From Octopus bimaculoides (lineage: Eukaryota): a DNA stretch of 36,926 bases. This document shows positions 36,843-36,926 of this stretch, piece by piece. The first letter of the stretch is position 1. Every line of letters starts with the position of its first letter. Location of the stretch: positions 51,483,421 through 51,520,346 of the forward strand of contig NC_068982.1 in assembly GCF_001194135.2 (NCBI RefSeq). Reading direction: 5' to 3'. A program made the position numbers and the translations under genes. The notes beneath the pieces are model-generated. The model saw nothing but the letters and a program-made list of their open reading frames with translations, had not been told where the DNA came from and ran no database searches.

Positions 36843-36845
<3 letters not shown>

Positions 36846-36926
<81 letters not shown>
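36846..36926. repeat. (TA)n microsatellite
   Basis: Direct reading. Confidence 0.95.

Overview
AT-rich, repeat-dense animal genomic DNA from a gapped draft scaffold (five N gaps). The SINE, RTE-tail and microsatellite repertoire points to an octopus-like cephalopod (inference). Two protein-coding first exons sit head-to-head about 0.8 kb apart. One is a minus-strand CID-domain exon (RPRD2-like, 17941-18094), which the ORF track missed. The other is a plus-strand chondroitin sulfate synthase exon (CHSY1-like, 18891-19703). No further exon of either gene was found, so the rest of the window is mostly their first introns. These introns contain decayed LINEs (Tx1/L1, I/Jockey-group, RTE), two divergent DD37E (TRT-type) Tc1 elements, a mariner remnant, hAT- and piggyBac-type MITEs, tRNA-derived SINEs and microsatellites. 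The most interesting items are: a second CpG-rich promoter with a minus-strand donor at the left edge; a LINE bracketed by a ~400 bp direct repeat of its own 3' end; a perfect 56 bp-arm palindrome; and a sharp CpG-rich/CpG-poor domain structure. I found no convincing wholly new biological system.
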